The position numbers and the translations under genes are program-made. Below are positions 18,559-27,227 of a stretch of DNA of 35,961 nt, piece by piece. Source of the stretch: Candidatus Nomurabacteria bacterium RIFCSPLOWO2_01_FULL_33_17 (GTDB taxonomy: Bacteria; Patescibacteriota; Minisyncoccia; Phycocordibacterales; UBA9973); NCBI GenBank assembly GCA_001786995.1, contig MFUO01000004.1, positions 1-35,961 of the forward strand, in the 5' to 3' direction. The notes under the pieces were generated by a model, which did not search any database, was not told the origin of the DNA, and saw nothing but the letters and a program-made list of their open reading frames with translations. The first letter of the stretch is position 1. The number at the start of each line of letters is the position of its first letter.

Positions 18559-19104
18559 CTATATTTTCTTAACTTGCAAGAAGTCTAATTCTACTGGTGT
18601 TTCGCGTCCAAATAATGATACCAAAACTTTTACTTTACCATGTATTGTATCAACTTCGGAAACTATGCCTTCTAAATCTTTAAAAGGACCATCGGTAATT
18701 TTAATTGGTTCATCAAGACTATATAATGCAGTATATTGGGCTTCTTCAGTTTTGTTCATTGATTTGAACAATCCATCAACTTCTTTTTGATTCAAAGGTA
18801 CTGGGTTAACTCCGGCTCCAACGAAACCAGTTACCCGTGGAGTATTTCGGACAACATACCAAGAATCATCGGTAACTATCATATCAACTAATACATACCC
18901 AGGGTAAGTTTTTTCTTCAACTTCTACTCGTTTATTACCTTTGATTTTTATTTTCTTTTCTGTTGGAACGACAACATTAAAGATTTTTTCTTGCATAGCC
19001 AAAGAATCTATTCTTTGTTTCAGATTTCTTTGAACAGCATTTTCGTAACCAGCATATGTATGTACTGCATACCAGTTGCGTTCGCCTTCACCTTGTTTTG
19101 CCAT
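18559..19104 (-). CDS. nusG: Transcription termination/antitermination factor NusG
   Basis: WYAVHTYAGYE, PGYVLV, RNTPRVTGF, KOW domain, FGRETPVEL. Confidence 0.97.
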   Translation of the reverse strand: MAKQGEGERNWYAVHTYAGYENAVQRNLKQRIDSLAMQEKIFNVVVPTEKKIKIKGNKRVEVEEKTYPGYVLVDMIVTDDSWYVVRNTPRVTGFVGAGVNPVPLNQKEVDGLFKSMNKTEEAQYTALYSLDEPIKITDGPFKDLEGIVSEVDTIHGKVKVLVSLFGRETPVELDFLQVKKI

Positions 19105-19124
19105 ATAATATTTAAATTAAACTA

Positions 19125-19310
19125 TTAAAGTCCTAGTAATTTGGCTAAACCTTTTGACATAATAGAATCAAAAAACCCAGATAAATAACCAACAATTAAT
19201 GCAATAGCAATAACGATTCCTGTATGAGTCATAGTCAGTGGCCATTTTGGCCAAACAACATTATTCATTTCTACCTTTGTTTCTTTTAGATAATTAGCGA
19301 TTTTATTCAT
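19125..19310 (-). CDS. secE: Preprotein translocase subunit SecE
   Basis: E...EM..V.WP + one TM helix, upstream of nusG. Confidence 0.93.
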   Translation of the reverse strand: MNKIANYLKETKVEMNNVVWPKWPLTMTHTGIVIAIALIVGYLSGFFDSIMSKGLAKLLGL

Positions 19311-19416
19311 AAAATATATAAAAATTAGCGGACAATTTTAAAAGCCCTTCCGGGCCCCTATATTTATAATATACACCTGTGGGGCTAGAAAGTCAAGATA
19401 TCCTACCCGAAATCTA

Positions 19417-19511
19417 CCTCACCCCTGCCCCTCTCCTGACAAGGAGAGGGGTTTAGCCACAAATAACAACACCCCTCCCTAAGTCCCTCCCCTTATAAAT
19501 GGGAGGGACTT
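19417..19511. repeat. Two tandem C-rich tail + hairpin elements
   Basis: CCCCTCTCCT-GACA-AGGAGAGGGG and AAGTCCCTCCC...GGGAGGGACTT, each preceded by CCTCACCC/CCCCTCCC. Confidence 0.7.
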
Positions 19512-19564
19512 TAACGAAACATGTTATACTAAATACATTAAAATTAATTACTAATTTATAGATT

Positions 19565-21058
19565 ATGTACTGCCAAAAATGTGGAATTCCGATACCGGAT
19601 GCAAATGAGTTTTGTCATAAGTGTGGACATCAATTAAACACTCCAATTCCAATACAAAACCCAGAGAGAAAATTACCAGCTGGTGTTCTTAAGAGATTAT
19701 TAAACTATGTTCTTGATGATTTTTTTAGAAAAATTATAGCTCTTATCCCAATAGGAATCGGAATAGCTATTCATTCAAATGTTTTAATTGGTTTTGGTAT
19801 TTTTATATTTTTAATTTACCATATTGTTTGTGAAAGCATTTGGCAAAAAACTTTAGGAAAACTTATAACTGGGACAAAGGTTATTGGTTTTAACGGGAAC
19901 AAACCAGGTTTTTGGAGAATCGTTGGAAGATCATTATCTCGAGCAATTCCATTTGAACAACTTTCTTTTTTATTTGGTGGCTACCCTATTGGCTGGCATG
20001 ATAGTATTTCAAAAACTTTGGTTGTCCCAGACAATATTACATCTGAAGATGTACAACAAATGAATTTGTCAGAAATTAAAAAAATGAAATCCGAAAATGT
20101 TTTAATAAAAATAATTATAATATTTTTAGTTGTATTATTTATATTGGCTATAATTGGAATTCTCGCAAGTGTGGTTTTAGCTTCAATGAACCAAGCTCGT
20201 GCCAAAGCCCGCGATGCAAAGATAGAATCAAATTTATCAACCATCGTAATCAAGGCTGAAAACTATAAAAATTTAAATGGGTCTTACTTGGGACTTTGTG
20301 AAGATAGTGAAATATCACTTTTAACTTTAACAAACTCATCGTCAACTAAACCATATACCGAGATAACTTGTAATGACAATGAACAGGCTTATGCGGTTAG
20401 CGCATCATTGAGCAATCCAGACGATTCACTTTCAGGCCATCAAGAATACTTTTGTGTAGATAGTACCGGCGTAGCAACTAAAACTACTAATGATATTTCA
20501 ATCGATGGCAATACAAGTTGTTCAACTTCTTTGGTTGAAACTTATAATAATAAAATAGATTCAACAAATGGTACAATTGATGAGAATAAATATGCATACT
20601 ATAATTTAGGTCAAAACTACCAAAGTATGGACGCTTATGAAAATGCAATAAAAGAATACGAGAAGGCAATTGAACTTGATATAAAAAATATAAAAAACCC
20701 ATCAAATGAATTGATTCTTTTTAGAGAAGCGACTATTTATCAAAATCAATCAGAATATAGAAAACTTGAAAATGTATATAATAGAATATTACTAATAAAC
20801 CCACAAAATACACAAGCTTACTCAGACAGAGCATTTTCTGTATATGGTAATACTGGTGAACATGAGAAAGCTTTAATAGATTATACTGAAAGCCTTAGGC
20901 TTGATCCAAACAATCAATTTAATTTATTTATGAAAGCAAATACAGAATTTAAACTTGGTAAAATTAATGAAATGTGTAGTGATATTTCAAAAATAGATAT
21001 TACATACTTAAAAGGTTTTGAAGAAGGATACAACGAATTAAAAAGAAATTGTAATTAG
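19565..21058 (+). CDS. Zinc-ribbon + RDD + pilin-like + TPR fusion membrane protein
   Basis: CQKCG..FCHKCG; KRLLNYVLD, KTLGK, R...R, WHD....T.VV (RDD); IIGILASVVLASMNQARAKARD (type IV pilin helix); C-terminal TPR-like repeats. Confidence 0.75.
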   Translation: MYCQKCGIPIPDANEFCHKCGHQLNTPIPIQNPERKLPAGVLKRLLNYVLDDFFRKIIALIPIGIGIAIHSNVLIGFGIFIFLIYHIVCESIWQKTLGKLITGTKVIGFNGNKPGFWRIVGRSLSRAIPFEQLSFLFGGYPIGWHDSISKTLVVPDNITSEDVQQMNLSEIKKMKSENVLIKIIIIFLVVLFILAIIGILASVVLASMNQARAKARDAKIESNLSTIVIKAENYKNLNGSYLGLCEDSEISLLTLTNSSSTKPYTEITCNDNEQAYAVSASLSNPDDSLSGHQEYFCVDSTGVATKTTNDISIDGNTSCSTSLVETYNNKIDSTNGTIDENKYAYYNLGQNYQSMDAYENAIKEYEKAIELDIKNIKNPSNELILFREATIYQNQSEYRKLENVYNRILLINPQNTQAYSDRAFSVYGNTGEHEKALIDYTESLRLDPNNQFNLFMKANTEFKLGKINEMCSDISKIDITYLKGFEEGYNELKRNCN

Positions 21059-21079
21059 TAGAAATTAATAAATAAATTT

Positions 21080-21301
21080 ATGGAAAATAATAATGAGGAA
21101 ACTTTGAAAAGTGTGATCCAAGAAGATATTAATAATAGCTCTGGTGTGCCAAGATTTGAAGAAAAGAACGGTGAATTTCATGTAAGAAATAGCAGTGATT
21201 ATTCTGCTTCAGTTAGCACAAAATTAGGTCTTAAAATTTTACTTCCAATCCTTGCAATAGGAATTATTGTGATGCTGGCTTATACATTTTTGTTTTCTTA
21301 A
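21080..21301 (+). CDS. Small protein with C-terminal TM helix
   Basis: 73-aa ORF directly after the RDD fusion. Confidence 0.55.
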   Translation: MENNNEETLKSVIQEDINNSSGVPRFEEKNGEFHVRNSSDYSASVSTKLGLKILLPILAIGIIVMLAYTFLFS

Positions 21302-21334
21302 AACACTATGAGCGAGGTCTTGCCTCGCTCATTA

Positions 21335-21363
21335 AAAAAACCGAACAGGTGTGTTCGGTTTTT
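21335..21363. terminator. Bidirectional intrinsic terminator between convergent genes
   Basis: AAAAAACCGAACA-GGTG-TGTTCGGTTTTT. Confidence 0.75.
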
Positions 21364-21381
21364 GGGAGCAAGACTCCCAAA

Positions 21382-22128
21382 TTATAATTTATTTTCTCGA
21401 AGGTATTTTATACCATTGATGCATACTTGAATTTGTTGGTACGAGGTCAATTCGGTAAAGTATCCAAATAGAACATTAATTTCTTCCATGGAAGCTTGTC
21501 TACCAAGGATTTGGTTACAAAACCCAAGTAAGTCTGAATTCTTATTGTATTCCATAATCTGGTGAACATTAATCCACCCCGATGTAATGAAAGATCTAAC
21601 TATCGTAGCATATGCATAATAAAACTTTGTTTCAGAAGTTCTATAAACCGAATCTATGTAAAACATGCATACTTCAGCACAACCTTCATTTAATTGTTCT
21701 AGTAAAACTCTTCTTTCTTTTGATACGAGAATTAAAGTTAATCCATAAGAACCAATAAATTGTACTGAATCATACCTAATATAGATTGAATCAAAGTATT
21801 TATGTTGACTAGTATTAGTATGATATAGCTCATGTTTTATACAATCATAAAATTCAATGATGGAGACACGCTTTAAAAAATTTCTATCAATAGAAATTAT
21901 ATTTTTAATGTCCGTTTTAGCCAAAATATTTCTAGGTAAATCATCTACTTTTATACCAAAAGTATCGCTAACAAGACCAAAAAAGAACTCATACCTATCA
22001 ATTGCTCTTTTTATAACCTGATGAAATGAATCCGGTATGTGATCATCTACATAAATCACTTTATCATTACTGGCTTTCAACAATGTCCCAGATATTATTA
22101 ATACAATTAAAATAACTATTTTTTTCAT
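21382..22128 (-). CDS. Secreted HExxH (gluzincin-like) putative metallopeptidase
   Basis: Signal peptide MKKIVILIVLII..., KHELYH and downstream LNEGCAE. Confidence 0.6.
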   Translation of the reverse strand: MKKIVILIVLIISGTLLKASNDKVIYVDDHIPDSFHQVIKRAIDRYEFFFGLVSDTFGIKVDDLPRNILAKTDIKNIISIDRNFLKRVSIIEFYDCIKHELYHTNTSQHKYFDSIYIRYDSVQFIGSYGLTLILVSKERRVLLEQLNEGCAEVCMFYIDSVYRTSETKFYYAYATIVRSFITSGWINVHQIMEYNKNSDLLGFCNQILGRQASMEEINVLFGYFTELTSYQQIQVCINGIKYLRENKL

Positions 22129-22190
22129 AATTTCAGTTTTTGATTTAAACTTATTATGTCATAGATTCATACAAAAAGCAATGGTAAATA

Positions 22191-22222
22191 AAAAAGCCCG
22201 GACGATTTTAGTCGTCGGGCTT
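22191..22222 (-). terminator. Intrinsic terminator after the FN3-repeat gene
   Basis: Minus strand AAGCCCGACGA...TCGTCCGGGC then TTTTTT. Confidence 0.7.
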
Positions 22223-22243
22223 CGTGTGAAATATTTTAGATAT

Positions 22244-25200
22244 CTACTGTTTTACAATTTTTTGGTTACCAATAAATTGGCTTCCTTTGTATATTTGTAT
22301 AAAGTAAACACCAGCAGGCAGATGATCCAAGTTGATTTGTTCAACATCATTTTGTATTAATGTTTTATGAACAACTACACCTTGAATATTAATGAAAACA
22401 ACCAGATCCCCTTCTTTTGATTCAACTGTGAGTTGCTCTAAGAAAGGATTTGGATAGGCTTTAATTGCTACCTGATCAGGATTTATACTAACATCGTTAA
22501 TTCCAGTCACATCCTTTTCTTTTGTTTTTAGAGAAAGGATGTTACCTTGTGTTATACCAATCTCATTTTCACAAACAAGACGAGTATAGTAAGTTTCTCC
22601 ATAATTACAAGATACCATTGAATAAACAACATCACTGTCATTTTTTGAAAAATAGATAGGACTTCTTTTTGAAAAACTTAAGTCTGTACTATATTCAAAA
22701 TAATATCTAATTGGAGCACTGCCATTTGCATTATACTTTCCTTCAAACAACAGAGTTGAATCATCAACCTGAGTAATCTTCAAAGTTTTAACATTTGGAG
22801 TTTGGTTATTTTTAGTCTTAAACTCAACCAACATAGAGTCTTTCCCATTTACATTTTGCAAATAGAATAAACAACTTTGTGTTGAATTTGCCCACAAGTT
22901 TGTAAGTACAATAGTGACAATTCTGATACCACTATCATAGAACATTTCCACAGAAGATTTTTGACCATCTCCATAGGTAGTCCAATATGAAGCCAATTCG
23001 TCTTTACTACTAATACTTGCTTTTAATACAGCATAGTGAATATCGGCAGTAACTTCTATAGATAGAATCTTTAGAAACACTTTTTCTTTTTGAGGAGTAA
23101 AATCAAGAGTCCGAAAACTCATAATCTCACTTTTTTCAATTCCCCAAGTATTTTCAGCAGAAACATAGAAGAAATATGTGGTATTGGGTTTCAACCCATA
23201 CATAATCCCTTGAACTGTTTTTTTGTAACTACCAGAGTTAAACTTACCGGTAATTTTGTAAAGTTCAGAAGGATCTGTTCCATAAACAAATTCGATATTT
23301 GTGTTTGTACCTTGTCCATCAACTTCTGCAAACAATATTGCGTACGTATCATGGACTATAGGCGTCAGTGTTTTTACAATTGGTTTTTGATTTCCTAAAG
23401 TAAGTACACTATCAGTCGTAGTCATCACAATCCCGAATGAATTTTGTGCATAGGCTTGATAATAATACCAAGTATTTGCATCCAGATCATTGGCCAATAT
23501 GCTAAATGGCCCAGAATCTATTTTATCATCTAGAATTGTAGTCTTAATTGTAAAACCGTTTTTATCTTTGCATACTACCCAAACATTCGTTTTTGTTTTA
23601 TTCGAGTTGTAATACCCGTCAAACACGATTGTTGTAGCAGTAGCACATACAGTTTCCAATTTGATTGTAGGTGGTTTGTTGTTTAGTGTTGTTAGCTCTT
23701 TGACATTACCTTGTATTTCACCGAAAGAATTTCTACTAATCGGTGCAAGATAGTATCGTGAATCTGGATTTAATCCTGATAATAAAACAGTCAGAGTGTC
23801 CAATACCTTTTTAGCGGTAAAAAAATCTGTCTGTTCTCTTAAGTTAAGATCATTCCCATAATTGAGAGCGAAGTCACTTATAGTGCCTCGGCCGTCAATG
23901 ACAACAGTAATTTTTGCAGAGTTAGGTGTGATAGAATCAATTTTCAATATCTTCACAACTGCTTCCTTGTTTGGAAGCGTTCTAAATTTGTAAACCTGGC
24001 CTTTTGTCACACCCCACTCATTTGTCGCTTTTATGCGATAGTAGTATGTGGTGTACTGGTCAAGTCCGTAGATTGGAACTAATTGATATGAGCTCCCTTT
24101 ACCTGTTTTAATTTCAGGTGTTTGATTTGTCAGTGTTTGAGACGATGTGCCCCATTCAAAAACAAACTTAGTGTCGCTTTTCTTTCCATCGACAAACCCA
24201 GCGAGTATTGCATAGGTTGAAGATATTGCATCAATTGAATCAGTAACCACCAATGGTTGTTGGTTGTTTAAGGTTGTCACAGCAATAGTTTTGCCGTAGA
24301 CAATTCCAAAAACATTTTCTGCCCCACTTCTAATAAAGTAAGTGTGGTTGGGCAACAAACCAGAAAGTGTCTCTGATATATTACCAGCAGATTTTCCTTG
24401 AGAACTCTTACTTGTACTCATTGAATACTTGTTCACAAGGGTGTCATACTCAAACCAAGTTTTTGTGTCTGTGCGATTTGCATCAAACTTAGCAAAGACA
24501 TTGATTTGAGTTGTACTGGATGCAATTGCTGAATCAGTATTTGTCGTAGGTGGAAAGTTAAAATCTGTGGTAAATTCTACCAACGATCCATAACTTATTC
24601 CAAACTTAGTTTTCGCTTTTAAGCGATAGTAATGCTTGGCACCACTTTCTATATCTTTTATACTTACTTTCACTGTGTCGGTACCTTTTTGATACGACAC
24701 AGGGGATGTCTCTAGCCCGAGATAAATACTCGTACCATGCTGAAAAGAAATTTCAGTAGATTCTGCACCATTGGAATTATAATAACCCCACAAATCGGCA
24801 GAAGTATAAGAGATATTACTTGCTTGAAGTGTTAAAACTTCTGGAGCGTAGCTACCTTCAGTTTTGAAAGATAGAATTTCTCCATAGCTTTTACCCCTAT
24901 TGCTTTCAGAAACAGCCCGGTAATAATAAGTTGTATTTGGCGAAAGGCCGTATATTTCCTTACTATAATTAAACATTCCATACTGACAATTCCAAGATTG
25001 GAAATAACTGTCATATGTGGATTTGTTTAATGATTTAGGCGACTGCCCATACTCGTAGTACGAATATGCACAATTTGCCAAGCCATCGAATCGGCAATTT
25101 AACATTGCAGTTGAATTTGACAGGTTGGTAGCTGAATCAGTGATAACCACTGGAGGTTTTCCTGATTGTGTGATAATGGTACCAACGCTTGAATAAACAG

Positions 25201-25828
25201 TACCAGAATCATTTTTTGCGGCTAACCGTACATAATATTTTTTGTATTCTTTGAGGTTTTTTACTTCCTCTTGCATACTACTCATATTATAGTTTTTGCT
25301 TTGGGTTTCTGGTTGAATGATTTTCTTTGTTGCACTCCTGAAAGAATCAGGAGTAATATCGTACTCATACCAAGTCGTGGTGATAAGTCCGTTTGCAAAA
25401 AAGTATCCGTTCACCTGAAACTGATTTGTGTCATTTGTCCAAAGTCCCCATAAATCCACACTAGGAAGTCCAGTTGGTGGTGTGTATAGATAATAGACAC
25501 TACCATAGCTTACCCCATTTGAATTTTTTGCAACCACCATATATTCGTATGATGTTTGTTCGTTGAGGTTTGTAATTGTCTGGCTTATTGTGCCAGAATT
25601 ACTTTTTGTGTAACGTTGGCTTGTGTCAACTTTACTTGACCCACTTTGCCAGTAGATAAAGTAGGATTCACAGGCCGATCCATTTGGGTTTACATACCCA
25701 TTTAAGACTGCGGAATTTCCAAATACACGAGTTGCATCGTATGTATCGACATACGGTGCTTGTGCGTAAGATGTTAGGCTACAGCTAATAATAGCGAGCC
25801 ATGTCATAATCATTTTTTTTGTTTTCAT
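22244..25828 (-). CDS. Secreted protein with ~11 FN3-like repeats and a T9SS type-A C-terminal sorting domain
   Basis: Signal peptide; ~97-aa repeats (P.V.T....SA.L.G....G..T...FEYG....L...T.YYYR..A.N..G..YG....F.T); C-terminus AYPNP...INIQG...LPAGVYFI...KIVKQ. Confidence 0.8.
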   Translation of the reverse strand: MKTKKMIMTWLAIISCSLTSYAQAPYVDTYDATRVFGNSAVLNGYVNPNGSACESYFIYWQSGSSKVDTSQRYTKSNSGTISQTITNLNEQTSYEYMVVAKNSNGVSYGSVYYLYTPPTGLPSVDLWGLWTNDTNQFQVNGYFFANGLITTTWYEYDITPDSFRSATKKIIQPETQSKNYNMSSMQEEVKNLKEYKKYYVRLAAKNDSGTVYSSVGTIITQSGKPPVVITDSATNLSNSTAMLNCRFDGLANCAYSYYEYGQSPKSLNKSTYDSYFQSWNCQYGMFNYSKEIYGLSPNTTYYYRAVSESNRGKSYGEILSFKTEGSYAPEVLTLQASNISYTSADLWGYYNSNGAESTEISFQHGTSIYLGLETSPVSYQKGTDTVKVSIKDIESGAKHYYRLKAKTKFGISYGSLVEFTTDFNFPPTTNTDSAIASSTTQINVFAKFDANRTDTKTWFEYDTLVNKYSMSTSKSSQGKSAGNISETLSGLLPNHTYFIRSGAENVFGIVYGKTIAVTTLNNQQPLVVTDSIDAISSTYAILAGFVDGKKSDTKFVFEWGTSSQTLTNQTPEIKTGKGSSYQLVPIYGLDQYTTYYYRIKATNEWGVTKGQVYKFRTLPNKEAVVKILKIDSITPNSAKITVVIDGRGTISDFALNYGNDLNLREQTDFFTAKKVLDTLTVLLSGLNPDSRYYLAPISRNSFGEIQGNVKELTTLNNKPPTIKLETVCATATTIVFDGYYNSNKTKTNVWVVCKDKNGFTIKTTILDDKIDSGPFSILANDLDANTWYYYQAYAQNSFGIVMTTTDSVLTLGNQKPIVKTLTPIVHDTYAILFAEVDGQGTNTNIEFVYGTDPSELYKITGKFNSGSYKKTVQGIMYGLKPNTTYFFYVSAENTWGIEKSEIMSFRTLDFTPQKEKVFLKILSIEVTADIHYAVLKASISSKDELASYWTTYGDGQKSSVEMFYDSGIRIVTIVLTNLWANSTQSCLFYLQNVNGKDSMLVEFKTKNNQTPNVKTLKITQVDDSTLLFEGKYNANGSAPIRYYFEYSTDLSFSKRSPIYFSKNDSDVVYSMVSCNYGETYYTRLVCENEIGITQGNILSLKTKEKDVTGINDVSINPDQVAIKAYPNPFLEQLTVESKEGDLVVFINIQGVVVHKTLIQNDVEQINLDHLPAGVYFIQIYKGSQFIGNQKIVKQ

Positions 25829-25992
25829 TTTTTTGTTTTTTGTTTTTTTAAGTTTTAGAAAATTTTTATTTAAAGAAATTTAATTGTTAGTTAATTCAAT
25901 AAAAAAGACGAATTTGCATCCGTTTTATAGAACTAACTAACCCCTAAAAAGCAAAAAATCTGCCTGTCAAAGAACACTGTAGATTGGTGTAT

Positions 25993-26021
25993 ATACTATC
26001 ACAAATAGCCCTATTTGTCAA
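25993..26021 (-). promoter_or_regulatory. Sigma70 promoter of the FN3-repeat gene
   Basis: TTGACA-N17-TAGTAT (preceded by TGA). Confidence 0.7.
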
Positions 26022-26082
26022 TGGCTATATTGCAATCCCCTTTTTATGTGATATAGTATAAGAAACCTAAAAATCTGACGCT

Positions 26083-26610
26083 ATGAAAAACAATGACTAC
26101 TTCAACCTATTAAAAATAGGTCTAATTGTAAAAATTATTGCATTGGCACTAACTGTGATTTTATTAATCCTAGTGATAGGAAGCAAATCTGCCTTTGGGC
26201 AAACAAAACCCCAAAACAAAATCAAGAAAAAGGCTGAAAAACAAGTAGAGTTTGTTTTAAACTACGAGTTGCAGTTTGATTCAATAACAGTAGTAATCCC
26301 ATGGATCCGCCTACAAGAGAATCAAGAAATCAGCTCTCTATCTTGGATATTAAAAGAGTATTTACAAAAATCTGGTGATACCTTGTGGTTGGAAATTCCC
26401 AAAGGGTACACCCCCTTCTCAAGAGAATATCCTGATAATAAAAGCCTTATAAATACCGCAATGGTTGAAATAAGGCAAGGTTATTCTCCCGGATTTAAAA
26501 AGGAAGACGAAGAGATATTTTATATCCCGGAGTCTGAGATTATAGGGAACCGATTCCCTATTTGCACAAATACAAAAAAGGAAAGACTGTATATATACAT
26601 CTACTTATAG
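26083..26610 (+). CDS. Hypothetical secreted/membrane-anchored protein
   Basis: 175-aa ORF, N-terminal hydrophobic segment ending SAFG|Q; own promoter-like TTGCAA...TATAGT and terminator. Confidence 0.6.
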   Translation: MKNNDYFNLLKIGLIVKIIALALTVILLILVIGSKSAFGQTKPQNKIKKKAEKQVEFVLNYELQFDSITVVIPWIRLQENQEISSLSWILKEYLQKSGDTLWLEIPKGYTPFSREYPDNKSLINTAMVEIRQGYSPGFKKEDEEIFYIPESEIIGNRFPICTNTKKERLYIYIYL

Positions 26611-26631
26611 ATTGTTGGGTTCAAACCCAAT

Positions 26632-26661
26632 AAGGCGTGTCTTAAAAGATGCGCTTTTTTA
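26632..26661 (+). terminator. Intrinsic terminator
   Basis: GGCGTGTCTT-AA-AAGATGCGCT followed by a T run. Confidence 0.7.
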
Positions 26662-26728
26662 TTTGCAATTATGAATTTATTTAAAAACTTACCCTAAAAA
26701 ACATTTAAAATTGGGCTTATTTTAGCCC

Positions 26729-26757
26729 TTGACAAATCCATCCGAATTTGCTATACT
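26729..26757 (+). promoter_or_regulatory. Near-consensus sigma70 promoter
   Basis: TTGACA-N17-TATACT with extended TG. Confidence 0.8.
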
Positions 26758-26763
26758 GTCCCC

Positions 26764-27218
26764 AAGATGCAACAACACCGATGAGACGGATTTGGATGCA
26801 GGAAAATTCCTGGTAAACATCCCCCGTCCGTGGCTTATGCATCAACGCCGAGATGGTCAGGTATGGGGAAAGACCCCACTTAAATGCCTAGATCGTCAAT
26901 TTAGTTCTTTTATTACATATGTAATTTAAATATAAACCAAATAGAAAGGTTTGTAAGTAAATGACATAATTGATTCTTGAGTCAGAGTTATAAGAATCAT
27001 AAATAGAAGAACGTAAGTTTTGTAAACTCCTCTTTTTATTTTTTAGGAAATGACCGCAGGCAAATGATATCGAAAGATAAACGCAACCGCCACCGGATAA
27101 TCCAAAATAAAAAGAGCATAACCACAAAAACTATAATTTACTCTGAAGTTATAGGGTTATGATAAAGAAAGCCCATTAACGGGCACAGATGCGGCAGCCA
27201 ATTGGTTGCCGCTTTTTT
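26764..27218 (+). ncRNA. Candidate ~450-nt structured non-coding RNA of unknown family
   Basis: Strong promoter, chain of hairpins, no credible ORF, plus-oriented terminator GCGGCAGCCA-AT-TGGTTGCCGC-TTTTTT. Confidence 0.55.
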
Positions 27219-27227
27219 ATTTTTTAT

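Noticed and set aside
19311..19416. tRNA-Trp or rpmG expected upstream of secE
   Set aside because: No cloverleaf, T-arm or L33-like ORF; only a promoter-like TTGACT-N17-TATATT.
26778..26835. Hammerhead ribozyme (CCGATGAG)
   Set aside because: The core should be CUGANGA with GAAA directly after stem II; neither is satisfied.
27060..27080. tmRNA tag frame (GCA AAT GAT... = ANDIER*)
   Set aside because: No Ala-rich tag ending and no tRNA-like acceptor or T-arm found.
27059..27100. c-di-GMP-I (GEMM) riboswitch suggested by GGCAAA..TC-GAAA-GA..ACGCAA..GCC.CCGG
   Set aside because: Only the first half resembles it; no second stem with a tetraloop receptor and no downstream gene on that strand. 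Kept as a sub-feature of the ncRNA candidate.
26729..27127. ORF-track ORFs 26729..26929 (+) and 26888..27127 (-)
   Set aside because: The first starts at the TTG of the -35 box; neither resembles a protein, and both overlap the structured-RNA candidate.
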